From Hormiphora californensis (Eukaryota; Animalia; Ctenophora), in assembly GCA_020137815.1 (NCBI GenBank), contig CM035361.1:1798001-1862000 (forward strand): a DNA stretch of 64,000 nucleotides, read 5' to 3'. The position numbers were made by a program, and so were the translations under genes. Numbering within the stretch: position 1 is the first letter of the stretch; the number at the start of each line of letters is the position of its first letter. The notes beneath the pieces are model-generated. The model worked only from the letters and a program-made list of their open reading frames with translations, did no database searches and had not been told where the DNA came from. This document shows, in pieces, positions 21,805 to 33,993 of the stretch.

Positions 21805-24800
21805 TTAGGACAGAGCAAGGTTTGAGATGGGCGGAAGGGTGGTTGAAGAGGCCAGGAAGTCTCTATATGGGGATGACGTTCGGCGGGAGGGTGAACCAGA
21901 TACGGCGGTGTTGTCTTTTAGTTGCGGGGCCAGGGAGCACCAGTCAGGTAGAGTCGCTACACCTGGGAAGAGAAAAAACGTCACTTTTGAGTTCTGACAC
22001 TGAAATTTGTTGGCTTATTCCCATGCACAGTTTAGGAAACTTGGCACAGAGGAAAATTCAACTCTAGTAAATTATCGAGCAGTGAATCGAATGATTAGTT
22101 TTAGTTAGGGTCACCACACACCAAAGTTAAAATTAAAATTAAAATTTTGATTTTAAACCCGCACACACCAGCGGCCGTTAAAATTTCTCTCCCCATTCTA
22201 AAAGTAACAATCTCACGCACGATTTTGACGGTCGCGTTGGATGACAAAATTTTAACACGCCGTCAAAATCGCGCGCGAGATTGTTACTTTTAGAATGGGG
22301 GAGAGAAATTTTAACGGCCGCTGGTGTGTGCGGGTTTAAAATCAACATTTTAATTTTAATTTTAACTTTGGTGTGTGGTGACCCTTACCTTTTGAGTTGT
22401 AGAATTCCCGTGGCACGTATCTGTCATGCAGATGCTCCACACATCCCATTATTGAACCTGGGGGGGGGGGGGGTTAAAACAGGTTTTTGAGAGACGAGAT
22501 AAGAGACGGAAACATTAATATGCATCGCTATTATTTTGATGAAAACATAAAACATGTAACTCTAGAAAATGTGTGTTAAAATGTGACCCACCTCCAACCC
22601 AGGACATGATGTTAGCAGGATAGTTGGGTTTGTAGAACTTGAAAGTTTTAATTCCTTGAAGAGCTGAAAACCTGTGGAATAATAACGTGAATTAGGAGAT
22701 AGTATGTGTAGAAGCTGAGATTTTAGCCGTGTTGTTGGCACTTGAAATGAAAACGTGGTCCTTGTCTAGTTAGATCGTTTAGATCTCTTACCTTGAAAAG
22801 GCAACAAGAGCCAAAATCTCCTCCTTGATTCGATGAGTTAGTCCAGGCAACATGCTCCCTCCACCTGCAATGTAAAAGGAGTATCACCCAGGTTCCAGAA
22901 ATCGGATGCACATGCTAGTCCTAACCAAATAACCAAAATACTGTTCTCCTGGTTAATTGTCCCTCAAACCTATTTGCAATGCAACAAACCTATTATTAGA
23001 ATGTTCTCGGCAAGTTCAGCCCTACAGTCAATGGGACACTTCAGAAGGGCATCTAGTATCAGGGTAGCAACAGAATTTCCATCACCATCTCCATCAAACA
23101 ATACCTCCACCGACCTTTCCCTGAGAGAATTTGAAATTAAATAGCATCACTTGCTGAAATATTATTGAAAAGATTGATCTTAGTAACAGAGAGCTACTTT
23201 TTAGCTCAAGTTATGAACTGTTCGTACTGTCTCCGGGATGAATGGATTAACTAAAGTTATGAGTTCTAAGTTTAATGAAAAAGTGGCCTACAATATGTTA
23301 TTCAATACCTTATTTTCCCATTGATAACTAAGTGTTGTCCATCGCTCATTGGATATGTCATATCAACAGCACGATGTGTCGCCTCTGTTCCTGACTGAGA
23401 AGGGTATTATAGGTGGGTATTAGGAATGCGTATTCGTTTAGTTTCCATGCATGCCAAACTGTTTCATATAGAATAAGAGAGACGAGGAGTAATATCATCA
23501 GCCAGTGAATAGACAGTAGAATAAGAAAGCAGAAAAACATTTTTAGGGGGACCGGGCTAAACACTGGGCTAATAATACTCATATCACCTTGGCATCATTG
23601 TCAGTGGGAGGACGTTTACCGCTAAAACATGTTCTCGCTCTGATATCCTCTAGCACTTCCATATCCAGATCAGCTGAAAGTATTGGATTCAGTAAGTAGA
23701 TCAAGTGCTACAAATGTTGCCTAGCTGGACCCTGTTTCGCGAGCCCCGCCCGCCCTTCCTTTACAAATGTAAAGGAAGGGTTAGAACATAACAACTACAA
23801 ATAATATCTATGGCTTAAATTCAATCCAGCATCGTATTATTAGGAGGCTAGAATAAATAATTCCACAATGCCATTCCTAAAACTTACTATAAAAGTCATC
23901 AGCTTTGTAAGTATTGGGTCCCTCCTTCACCTCACCCCCATCTGTAATCATCTTCTGGATAGATTTGAGGTGTGCTAAGGAACCCAGTTCCACAGTGTTG
24001 TAGCTGGGTAACACTACCATGCCTGGAGGATAGATCATGGCATTACAGTTAGTTGGACAATATATGTAACGCTGGTATAGTGAAGAGATACACGGGTGGT
24101 GTTGGTGATAATACCAGACACTGAAAAGGAGATGTAAAAAGCTGAAGAACTGTAGAAATAGATGAAAAGTGAAAGAGGGGAATAGGAAAAAGTTTTGCAA
24201 AAGTCCGACGAACCAGATTTGAACTGGTGACCTAAGGATTACAACGGTGGGATACCTCTACAGTCCTCCGCTCTACCAACTGAGCTACCGTCGGGACGAG
24301 AAAATGGCAATTGCACCTTTATTATTTTACTGATCTGCCACTTTTTTTTGTTTCTGTTTTCTTCTCATTCCCAGTACAAAGATTTCAAATAATTCAGTCA
24401 GTTTTACCGAATCGAAGGAAATTGAGAAATTATACAATAGTGCAGTACGATTCTCAGACCTAAAACTTCATCAGATCATAACGCAAGGTCACTTTTTTAA
24501 TTTCTGCCCATTGGGTGCAGACTGCTACACTCAAATACATTTTACATGCAGTTTCTGTTAGTGCCACCTGCCCAATTAAATTAATTGTGTGTCCGACCAG
24601 CAGGGCGAGAGGAAGCGACACACTGCTACCTGCTGCAGTTGGGTGTAAAGTGAGCGCGAGGAGGTTTAATGATGAGACACCGCGCGTTACGTAAAGTTGT
24701 TTCAGAGTAATTTTGGGAAGCAGGGCCCCTGCTCCAAACCAAACTCAAGAATCTGTCAAACCTGACCCAATAAAGCTCAATAATGGTTTTATGTGAGCAG

Positions 24801-27800
24801 GGGTGAAGCCGAGGAGGTCGACGTTGTTTGTGTTCCTTGAACTTTGAAGTGTCTTTGGAGGTCCGGTTTAGGGAGGGCTAGACGGTCTGGATAGCAGCTT
24901 GTTCCAACATGTCGAGATGGGTCGACGAAGAATCAGTTGATAGGATCTTTGTGGCGCTGCAATCGATCTCGGTTTGGAGAGCGTGGAGGGCTGCTCCTGA
25001 TTTTATGTTTCCAGTGGTGAGATCGACAAGGTTTTTGAGTCTGTAGCAGGCCTCGTGAAAACACGAGGGTTCAAGCACAGAAAATGAGAAAGAATACAAG
25101 AAAACAGCAAACGAACAGGGACAGATAACCACACTCAGGATCCACTGATCATCCAGAACGAAGTACAGACAAACACAACATAAACCATAAAAGTCAATAA
25201 TGAGGGGGTGTGAAGATCTCTGAGTCGGTAATGAACGGTTCATTCATGGTGCCTCGGACATTTTGAGGTTCATTATGAACCTCAAAATGTCCGGGGCACC
25301 AAAATTGTTTAGCTGCTCCTTGGTGATGGTAAACCTTCCAAATGTCGTGTTCCTTAGGAGGAACAGTCTCGGACACACACAAATGAAATGATAATTATCC
25401 TCCACTTCTAATTTGCACCTTCTGCAAATGGGGTCGGCAAGTCGTAATCGTAGCGGAAACCTGTTGTTCAGGACGTTTGAGAGTCTGTACAGGTCCGTGT
25501 TGCTCAGGGTCGATGGAAGAAGTCTCAGAGTGCCCGCTAGATGTCTGAGCTTGTTGTCGCTGGGGGGAAGGTTCTGCAGGCCCTGGAGCAGCTCCTCTCT
25601 TTCCCTGGCTCCCTGGTCTTCAGGTATGCTAATGGTAGAGGAAGTTGATGGGACGAGCCACTTGAATCTGCTGCCTTCTTAGCTGCCTCGTCCGCCATCT
25701 CGTTCCCTACACACCCCCTGTGCGCTCTTATCCAATGGAACTCCACCGGTCCGACCACCCCCACTAGTCTGTCAAGTGTTTGTGCTGTGTTTCGTTCTTG
25801 TTTGGTAGATAGAAAGGGACTCGCCAGCTTCTTTGGTACAGCTTGGCTATCGGAAAAGAAGAACATGCCCGTCCTGTTGCTGGCTGGCTGCATGATCTCT
25901 TGCTGGGCACCCCTTAGAATTGCGGTCAATTCTGCCTGAAAGATGGACGTGCCTTTGCTGAGCTTGATACTGTTGATGAAGGGAGAGCTGTAGCTACTAG
26001 AGAACCGGACCCACGCACATCCCACCTTGTCTTCGTCTAGCCATCTGTGAAGATTTGAGGAGCCCCGCTGGATGCGCTGTTCCAGGGCGTCGTCAATCAC
26101 CCCTTCCTTAATTATCACCGAGGATGGTGTCTCAATACATTTCTAGAAGACTCGTTCGTTACGTTGCAGTTCGTTTCACTTTTGCTTGTCTCAGACACCA
26201 ATAAGGGCTCTTCCTCTCACTAAAATGCAACTTAAATCCGTCTCAAATACCCATTTCTAGCACACATGAACTCCCAGTTACCACTGAACTGTCTCTCGGG
26301 CCTGGCCTAGTCTCATCACTAAATTACAGCTACATTCTTGGCCAATATCGACCAAAACTTTGGAATTTCGCATTTAATTCAATTTGGGAAACTTTGTACT
26401 TTGCCATTACGTGTTTGATAAAGGAGCACTAACAAGTCACAGAGCAGAATTCTATTCATTACTCGTTCGTTACGTTGCAGTTCGTTTCACTTTTGCTTGT
26501 CTCAGACACCAATAAGGGCTCTTCCTCTCACTAAAATGCAACTTAAATCCGTCTCAAATACCCATTTCTAGCACACATGAACTCCCAGTTACCACTGAAC
26601 TGTCTCTCGGGCCTGGCCTAGTCTCATCACTAAATTACAGCTACATTCTTGGCCAATATCGACCAAAACTTTGGAATTTCGCATTTAATTCAATTTGGGA
26701 AACTTTGTACTTTGCCATTACGTGTTTGATAAAGGAGCACTAACAAGTCACAGAGCAGAATTCTATTCATTACTCGTTCGTTACGTTGCAGTTCGTTTCA
26801 CTTTTGCTTGTCTCAGACACCAATAAGGGCTCTTCCTCTCACTAAAATGCAACTTAAATCCGTCTCAAATACCCATTTCTAGCACACATGAACTCCCAGT
26901 TACCACTGAACTGTCTCTCGGGCCTGGCCTAGTCTCATCACTAAATTACAGCTACATTCTTGGCCAATATTACCCACCGCCCCACCCTCACCCGCCCTCC
27001 CCCACCCACCTCTCCCAATATAGCGGACATTGCTATACACCACACTACAGAGACAATCCTTGTGTTTTGGTGCACTAAGTCGCTTATCGCGTGTAACAAC
27101 TAACAAATGTTCTTATCTGTCCCATCCGCATAGTATTCTAGAACATTTTACAGTATATTGGTGCTACATTCAGTCCTACCCCTTATCTGTGTTCAATCGT
27201 TTTTGTTTATCTTCATCTCCGATCCACTGGAAATGCATATACCTCTCATCTCATCATCAACACCATCACGGTACCAATCATCCATCAAAATTCTGTAAGT
27301 TCACCTGTCCGTATTGTCTGTTCACAGATTGTGTAAAGTTTATATTGTGAATGTAATTTACTATTCAAAACACGGTAAACATCGGGATTCCAGACCCAAA
27401 CTCAAGAAATTCTCAAAGGGAAAACGTTACCTTGTTCCAGACCAAACTAAACTCAAGACACTCTCAAAGGCAAATCGTTACCTTGATCCAGACTAAACCA
27501 AACTCAAGACTCTCTCAAAGGCAAAACGTTACCTTGTTCCAGACTCAGAAGCTGACAGGACATAAAGCTTGCGTGAGAGTGCCCGAATACAGACCACAAA
27601 CAGTTAGAATATCAGAGAAATTTTGTTTGATTTTGGTGTAATTTTGAGCGTGATATTTTAGCTACTATCTTTCATACAGACCACAGACTTTATGACAGGT
27701 TGCAACACCGTTCTGTCGTGCGGCAGAGTTTGGTACGCTATAACCTAGAGCCACACACACACACACACACATTTCTAGAATACAGGGTTCTCAATACAAG

Positions 27801-30800
27801 ATAATCAGAGCTCTGAAAAAACACAAAATTCAGTCAGAAACGGTCAAAAACGCCAAACGCCTCAAGTAAAGTTCGACATCACTGATCACAGGTTGGATTA
27901 AAGTTCAAGACAACGTCTCTCTTTTCTCACTCTAGCAGGTACATATCGACCAGCTGACTGCTGAAGCAGTGTCAGTGTTGGTGTTTCTTTACAGCCCAAC
28001 AAAGTACGGTTCGAACAACACTTTTACAGGATGTAGAGGAGCTGCCAGGACGTGGATTTCGTGAGTTTATAAATCAGCAAAGGTGAACATTTGCTTCATC
28101 TTCGTAGAGAATTTCAACCTCAAAATAAATGAATGCTGACATTCATCTTATTAGTGAAAAACGTTTCGAACTGCAGCCGTGCAACAGGATCCTGAGGTTT
28201 TCAGCTCCTGCTTCATCTGATAGTGGTAACAAGGACTTTAGTCGCCTCATCACATTTCAATACATTTCCAGAATACAGCGTACTCAGCTCTGGATCCTGC
28301 TGAAGAATAGGAACTGTCAGGAAGTATAGATCGACATGACTCTCTTGGACAGTTGTTTTCCTGGCTCGGATCTTCTTTTCAGTAGGTGGGATTTTGCCCC
28401 TTTCTTCAACATGTCGATTGTCTGGACGGTTGCCAAGGTGGAGACCATGGAACAGACCTCCTCCACAGACGTTGCCTCCCGAGCCCTGTCCATAGCCTCG
28501 GAGATGATCTTGTCGACTTATCTCTCACAGGCCCCTTCGTTCGTTTCGCTGCTTCGCTGATCTTCTTCTCAATGGGCAGGAAGTACAGGTCTATGATCCT
28601 CCTTGCCTTCGATAGCTCCTTTCCTGGTCCTGATTCCTTCTTCAATAGGTATGCTTTCGAACCTCTCTTCAGTAAGTCGATCGTTCGGACCGTCTCCAGC
28701 GTGGCTGTTGATACCATAGAGCATACCTCCTCCACAGAAGTTGCCTCTCGAGCCTTCTCCATTGCTTCAGATACTATCTTGTCCCCAGTCTCCTCTTGTG
28801 ATGTCTCCATCGCTCTGAAATATCCCAGCGGCCAGGTTCCTCGTTGATCGATCTTCCCTACAAATGGGATTTCAGGGTACCGGAACTCTGGAGATATTAA
28901 GGCGTCCTGATCGAACCAGGGTAATGGCGCCGGTTGGGGTATCTGATTCTGCCACTGGCCCCACCAGTACGTTGTTGGTAGGTATGGCATTTGCATTCCA
29001 TACTCTGGGGTGTTTCCTCCATCCTGAGAGGTGGCGGCGGAGGGGGAGGTGGCGGTGGTGAGTCCTCTCTCCTGTGTTGTTCCTCGCTCCTCCTTCTCTT
29101 CTTCTCTGGTAGGATTTCTCTGTTCTGCTCGTTCCTCCGTGGTCCTCTCTTCTTCTCCGTTCTGGAACGGTTCTTCTCTGGAACGGTGATGGGTATGCAG
29201 ACTGAATTCATGGTTTCAATACATTTCCAGAATACAGGGTTCTCGACCGTTCAGCTTGTTGACCGTACTTCTTCAGTCAGGACGGTATCATCTCGGATGG
29301 CGTTGTAGGAAACACAAGCTGGAGCAGGTTCATCTGGAGTTGCAGGGGCGTAGCGGTTGTCCTGACTTGAGTCATCGCCCTGGCAGCCTGAATAACATTC
29401 AAACAGGGCTCGTGGGAGTGATTCGTTGGTTCCCGGACGACAGTGTATGGTGATGGTGTGGTGATAAGACGGGTCTTACATGGGTAGGGCTTACTGGTCT
29501 TCTGGACACATCTCCAATAATCCTGGAACACTCCTCTCTCTTGTGTTCTTTCACGGGTATATAAAACCCATTCAACCCAAGGCCCAAGCTGCGTACCGCC
29601 ACGTTTTCCTAGGAAAACTTCAATTCATTGAGACTGGTGTTTTGTGAGTTACCAGCAGTAGGACTACTAGGACTAGGAGATGACTGGGATCGAGTAGTTG
29701 TTGTAGGCGTGAGAAGATAGTGTGCTGGTTGTCTTCAGGATCTAGATGACAGTAGCGACAGGTTGGGTTGATATCAGGATCGACTCGATGTCTAAACGAG
29801 CCCATTGTGCCTCTGTTGGTAAGGAAGTGAGTTAGGAAATTGAGCTCTATCCTATTTAGCTTGAGGACTGACTCTTCTTGAAAGTTGAGATCCAGTACAC
29901 AATCAAGAAGGGTGTTGGTAGATTTGCATTTCCCCTCATGTCATCCATTCTGTCGGTTGCAGAATGCATGTCGGTATGTGAATTCAATACATTTCCAGAA
30001 TACAGAGTTTTAACAGAGCGGGTGTAGGAGTCCGAGAGAAGGAATCCGTTGGAGTCAAGTTGTCATCTCCTGAAGGTCCAGTTTGGTGAAAAATCCTGGT
30101 TCGTTCTTCATATGTTTCAGGAGTGCCTGATCCAGATGGAAGTTACACCCCTGCATCCAGCTGTATGGGAATAGATCCTCTACTGCTCTGATGATTGCAG
30201 TCTCGTAATCGGATAGAAATCCCACTGGTCCCCATTCTGGAGCAGCTTCTTTTAGGCAGTTGAGGGCCACCTTGTAGGTTGTTCTCCAACCGGGATGTGG
30301 TCCTTGGTGTCTACCAAGTAAATCCTGATGATGAAGACTTGATACCAGCCGGCAGGAGCGGTGGCGAAGGTTCCATCCAGGAATGTTATCGTGGAGTTCT
30401 CCAGCTGAGTGAGGTTCTTGTCAGTAGCGAAAACTACCACCCGTTTTCCAGAGCGGGTATAGGAGTCAGAAAGCAGGAATCGGTTTCCGTTGGAATCTAG
30501 TTTAAACTCTGGGGGGGATGACAGTCTCCCTAGCTGTGTTAGGAGCTGGTGGCGGTGCGTGTACTTTCTTCCTTCGTCGCTGGACATTTCGAGAAAGGGA
30601 GTCAAACGTGGCTAGGTGGTCGCCCTGGCACCGGTCCGAAACTCCCTTCAGGGCGCTGGTAACAATTTGGGACGTGGCTGGCAACCGGGATGTGTGTCTG
30701 CCAAGTATATCCAGTATCCTGATGATGAACACTTGATACCAGCCAGCATGAAGCTCGGATTCAATACATTTCCAAAATACAGCGTTGTGAGCAAACGAGA

Positions 30801-32566
30801 ACTGATAACCAGAGTGAGAAAGTGTCGTGTTTATAAAGTTCGCTACAAGTGTGGTTTGATTGGGTTTAATTATCCGGGTCAAATATCACATATCGGACTA
30901 ACTAGTTACCCGGCTCGATAGCTGCCCAATCAGTTGCTAGATTGGGTCTGTTTGATACGTGATCAGTAACATAGCCGGGTACTCAATTAACTAACTGATA
31001 CGTGATCAGTAACATAGCCGGGTACTCAATTATCTAACTAAGTGGTTGCATTGTGACATGAGACGGGCGGGCAGAACATGTTTCATGAAACTATGCTAGA
31101 GAGAATGTAATCGGGTGTCAGATGTCAGACCAGCTGGGCGGTGAAGGAAGGGTGTCAGATGTCAGACTAGCTGGGCGGTGAAGGAAGGTGTCAGATGTCA
31201 GACTAGCTGGGAGGTGCGGGAGAGAAAAGAGGAAATGATTGTGAGATTGTGATAGGATTCGGGTCATTGAGACTTCTAGATTCCGGGGGTTATAAAAAAA
31301 TACTGTGTTGATAGTTGATACAATGTCTAAATCTTACCTTCATAGACACACATTGCAGAGGAGTCTGTGTAGCCAATGTTAAGTACTAAACCAGTAGGTG
31401 AACCCAGGGGATGGAGAGCGAGGGGCAGTGATGGAGTAAACATTATCCCAACCACCTGAATAGAAAGACAGAATTATAAAATACTGTCTTGCTTTTCACT
31501 TTGTGTTCTAAGTAGGAGACATATAAAACGTGGTACAACACACAAACACAAACTCATGTTTTATAGGAACACCCTAAAATTAGTGTTCTCATAATCAACA
31601 TATCAAATACAACAGAAGTGTGACAATGTGATATGACTCACCGAGAACTGTTTAAATAGAACATGAGCCAGAGCTTCCCTAAAGTTGACTGTCTGAACAA
31701 AGTTCTCACACAGCAACACCTTTCTGTCCTTTGGATTGGTCAACAGGTACCTAGCAGATAGTATGTCATGATAATTATAATGCTTTGGTAGGTAGGTATA
31801 AATAATTGACAAACTTCTAGTCAGCACAGTAAAAACTGGTTATTACCTAAAGTAGATTGAATGGACAAATTTAGTAAGTTCATCTACCAGTTCTTCGTAG
31901 GTCAACTTTGGATCACATATATTTACCACCTGTGGGGGGGAGGGGGGAATCAATACTGAATATCAATACTGATATTACCGTCAGCTTAAACTGCCTCAAC
32001 AGCATTCACTTTCAAGTCTTTCATGGGAAAACTGAAAACTATACAGCTCACTATGCGGCAAGACCTTCAAAATCAGACATTGAAATAGGGAGAGACGAGA
32101 GTTTGCTCAGCTAAAACAAGAACAACTAGCAATTTCTACCCAAAGCATAGTGCAGCTATACTTACTGTATTATCTGATTTGACATTGTAACTTCTGATGA
32201 TGTGCCTTGGTCCTGACTCTCCTGCGAAACCAATCCTGAAAGAGAGAACTCTCATTATTATTATTATTAAATCTGTTTACAATAATTTGACACTGTCAAT
32301 ATTGTCCTCCTCTCAAAATGCTGCCAGGAAATATAAAACTAATGATTAATAGACCAAGCAACATGGTAGACCTAGATTACGGGGAATGTCGCCACATGGT
32401 CAACGGTACAAAATAAATCCGCTCATCGGAATATGTCTAAACTCTTCCGGTTACCCGGCCCAAAATTCGGCCTTAATACGAATAATTCTTACTTTGTATG
32501 ATAGAATCCTATTTCTATGACCACATGCACCTTCTCAGAACCGAGTCCGAGATCGTACAACGGCAT
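21805..32566 (-). CDS. ACTR10: Actin-related protein 10 (dynactin Arp11), 13 exons with a 7.3-kb intron (~24025-31338)
   Basis: [93 protein letters not shown] and TLPDWCSL all match ACTR10. Confidence 0.93.
22108..22384. mobile_element. Palindromic PIF/Harbinger (Tourist-like) MITE
   Basis: TTA|GGGTCACCACACACC...GGTGTGTGGTGACCC|TTA; whole element is an inverted repeat. Confidence 0.85.
24204..24294 (-). tRNA. tRNA-Tyr(GTA) with an ~18-nt intron, inside the large ACTR10 intron
   Basis: CCGACGG/TCGTCGG acceptor stem, TAGCTCAGTTGGTAGAGC D arm, GGA-CT-GTA-G[intron]ATCC, GTTCAAATC T loop, discriminator A, downstream T-run terminator. Confidence 0.93.
25330..26110 (-). mobile_element. Degenerate 3' part of an RNase H-bearing non-LTR retrotransposon (RNase H plus CCHC finger)
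   Basis: FQAELTAI, FFSDSQA and FHWIRAHRGCVGNEMADEAAK, followed after a frameshift by CRRCKLEVEDNYHFICVCP. Confidence 0.85.
26150..26970. repeat. 311-bp tandem repeat, ~2.6 apparently identical copies
   Basis: ACTCGTTCGTTACG recurs at 26150, 26461 and 26772. Confidence 0.95.
27389..27546. repeat. ~51-bp minisatellite, 3 copies
   Basis: TCCAGAC...AAACTCAAGA...TCTCAAAGG...CGTTACCTTG units. Confidence 0.9.
28330..28830 (-). pseudogene. Two tandem diverged copies of a ~70-aa helical coding fragment, probably TE-derived
   Basis: DKIVSEAMEKAREATSVEEVCSMVST...LLKRGSKAYLLKKESGPGKELSK and DKIISEAMDRAREATSVEEVCSMVST...MLKKGAKSHLLKRRSEPGKQLSK in different frames. Confidence 0.55.
29280..29560 (-). mobile_element. 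FLYWCH zinc-finger fragment of a MULE-type transposase
   Basis: YWRCVQKTSKPYPCKTRLITT...NHSHEP (W-x-C...C...HxH pattern). Confidence 0.75.
29700..29940 (-). mobile_element. Second non-LTR retrotransposon C-terminal zinc-finger fragment
   Basis: FLTHFLTNRGTMGSFRHRVDPDINPTCRYCHLDPEDNQHTIF. Confidence 0.65.
30015..30882 (-). mobile_element. Scrambled, frameshifted MULE (Mutator-like) transposase fragments
   Basis: FLDGTFATAPAGWYQVFII, FLSDYETAIIRAVEDLFP and QGCNFHLDQAL (CxxH) are MULE DDE-domain signatures; internal duplications and deletions. Confidence 0.88.
30953..31215. repeat. Two short tandem arrays (~43 bp x2 and ~37 bp x3) closing the TE mosaic
   Basis: TGATACGTGATCAGTAACATAGCCGGGTACTCAATTA x2; GGTGTCAGATGTCAGACYAGCTGGG x3. 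Confidence 0.85.
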
Positions 32567-33373
32567 TTATTGTTGTGAAGAGACGAAAAGGTGAAGTTTT
32601 GCGGCGAAAAACAGATTTTTTGAAAAATTTTCCGACCGGGAATTTGAAAACTGAGACAAACGAGCACAACGCGCGCGAAACAATGTTTCTTTATGCGCGT
32701 TATTTATTTGCGCGTAATTTCTGTTTTAGTAAACGCTGACAATTGCAACTTTCACCACTTGTAAGACTTCGCGCGCGACGCAGACACGCATATTTGAGAA
32801 ACTCAAGAAGGAGAATGATTCTGGTGAAATGCATTCGAAATGAAAACGAAGAAATAATAAAATAAAGACGTTGGAGTGTTCTTTTTCTCTCTACATCTCT
32901 TTCCTTCCATCACTCGGAATGATTTCCTCTCTTGGTGAATGTGCATGCGTGTGTGAATTATTCTGAAATGAATAGGTGTGAGTTGTGGAAGATGGATGAT
33001 CAATGTGACAGATATACACGACAATCAACGTTGTTTAGTAAACAATTACCAATCCAGGACAAAAACAATCAGACACTAATCAAATACCCTCCCATCTACA
33101 CACTACTTCTCAACTAATTTCTACCGATCAGTCCTTGTCACGTACGTGTCGTTATGAAAGTCCGTCTCTCTATCTCTCCCTCCTCCACTATACCTCTGTC
33201 CCGCGAACAGAATACTCCTAAGCCACCTACAAAAGTTACATAACCCATAAACGCTATCCTTCATGTCTTTTCCCAAGTTGTTGGAGGCGAAAATAGTTGA
33301 AATTGTGGTAGCAAGTAGGTCACCGTCAAATCCTCGTATGTCCTGACTGTCATCTGTCGTAGTGCTGTCGCCT

Positions 33374-33747
33374 GTCATTGGGAGGTGCTAGTGTTTGTCA
33401 GTTTGTCAGTAGGTGGAGAGAGAGGGAGAGAGAGTCAGTGGGAGGTGCTAGTGTTTGTCAGTTTGTCAGTAGGTGGAGAGAGAGAGAATCAGTGGGAGGT
33501 GCTAGTGTTTGTCAGTTTGTCAGTAGGTGGAGAGAGAGAGAGAGAGTCAGTGGGAGGTGCTAGTGTTTGTCAGTTTGTCAGTAGGTGGAGAGAGAGAGTC
33601 AGTGGGAGGTGCTAGTGTTTGTCAGTTTGTCAGTAGGTGGAGAGAGAGAGAGTCAGTGGGAGGTGCTAGTGTTTGTCAGTTTGTCAGTAGGTGGAAAGAG
33701 AGAGAGTCAGTGGGAGGTGCTAGTGTTTGTCAGTTTGTCAGTAGGTG

Positions 33748-33778
<31 letters not shown>

Positions 33779-33917
33779 TGGGAGGTGCTAGTGTTTGTCA
33801 GTTTGTCAGTAGGTGGAGAGAGAGTCAGTGGGAGGTGCTAGTGTTTGTCAGTTTGTCAGTAGGTGGAGAGAGAGAGAGTCAGTGGGAGGTGCTAGTGTTT
33901 GTCAGTTTGTCAGTAGG

Positions 33918-33993
<76 letters not shown>

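Noticed and set aside
24030-24121. Apparent extra ACTR10 exon after a TTTCAG acceptor
   Set aside because: The homologous sequence is supplied by the exon at ~31339-31456; this stretch has no convincing donor or similarity
26132-30785. Junction motif as a heat-shock element or spliced-leader exon
   Set aside because: It has only two nGAAn units, no following GT donor or Sm site, and does not match the ctenophore leader as I recall it
33121-33378. 85-aa ORF starting at the end of the minisatellite
   Set aside because: No recognisable domain or splice context; its ATG is created by the repeat unit
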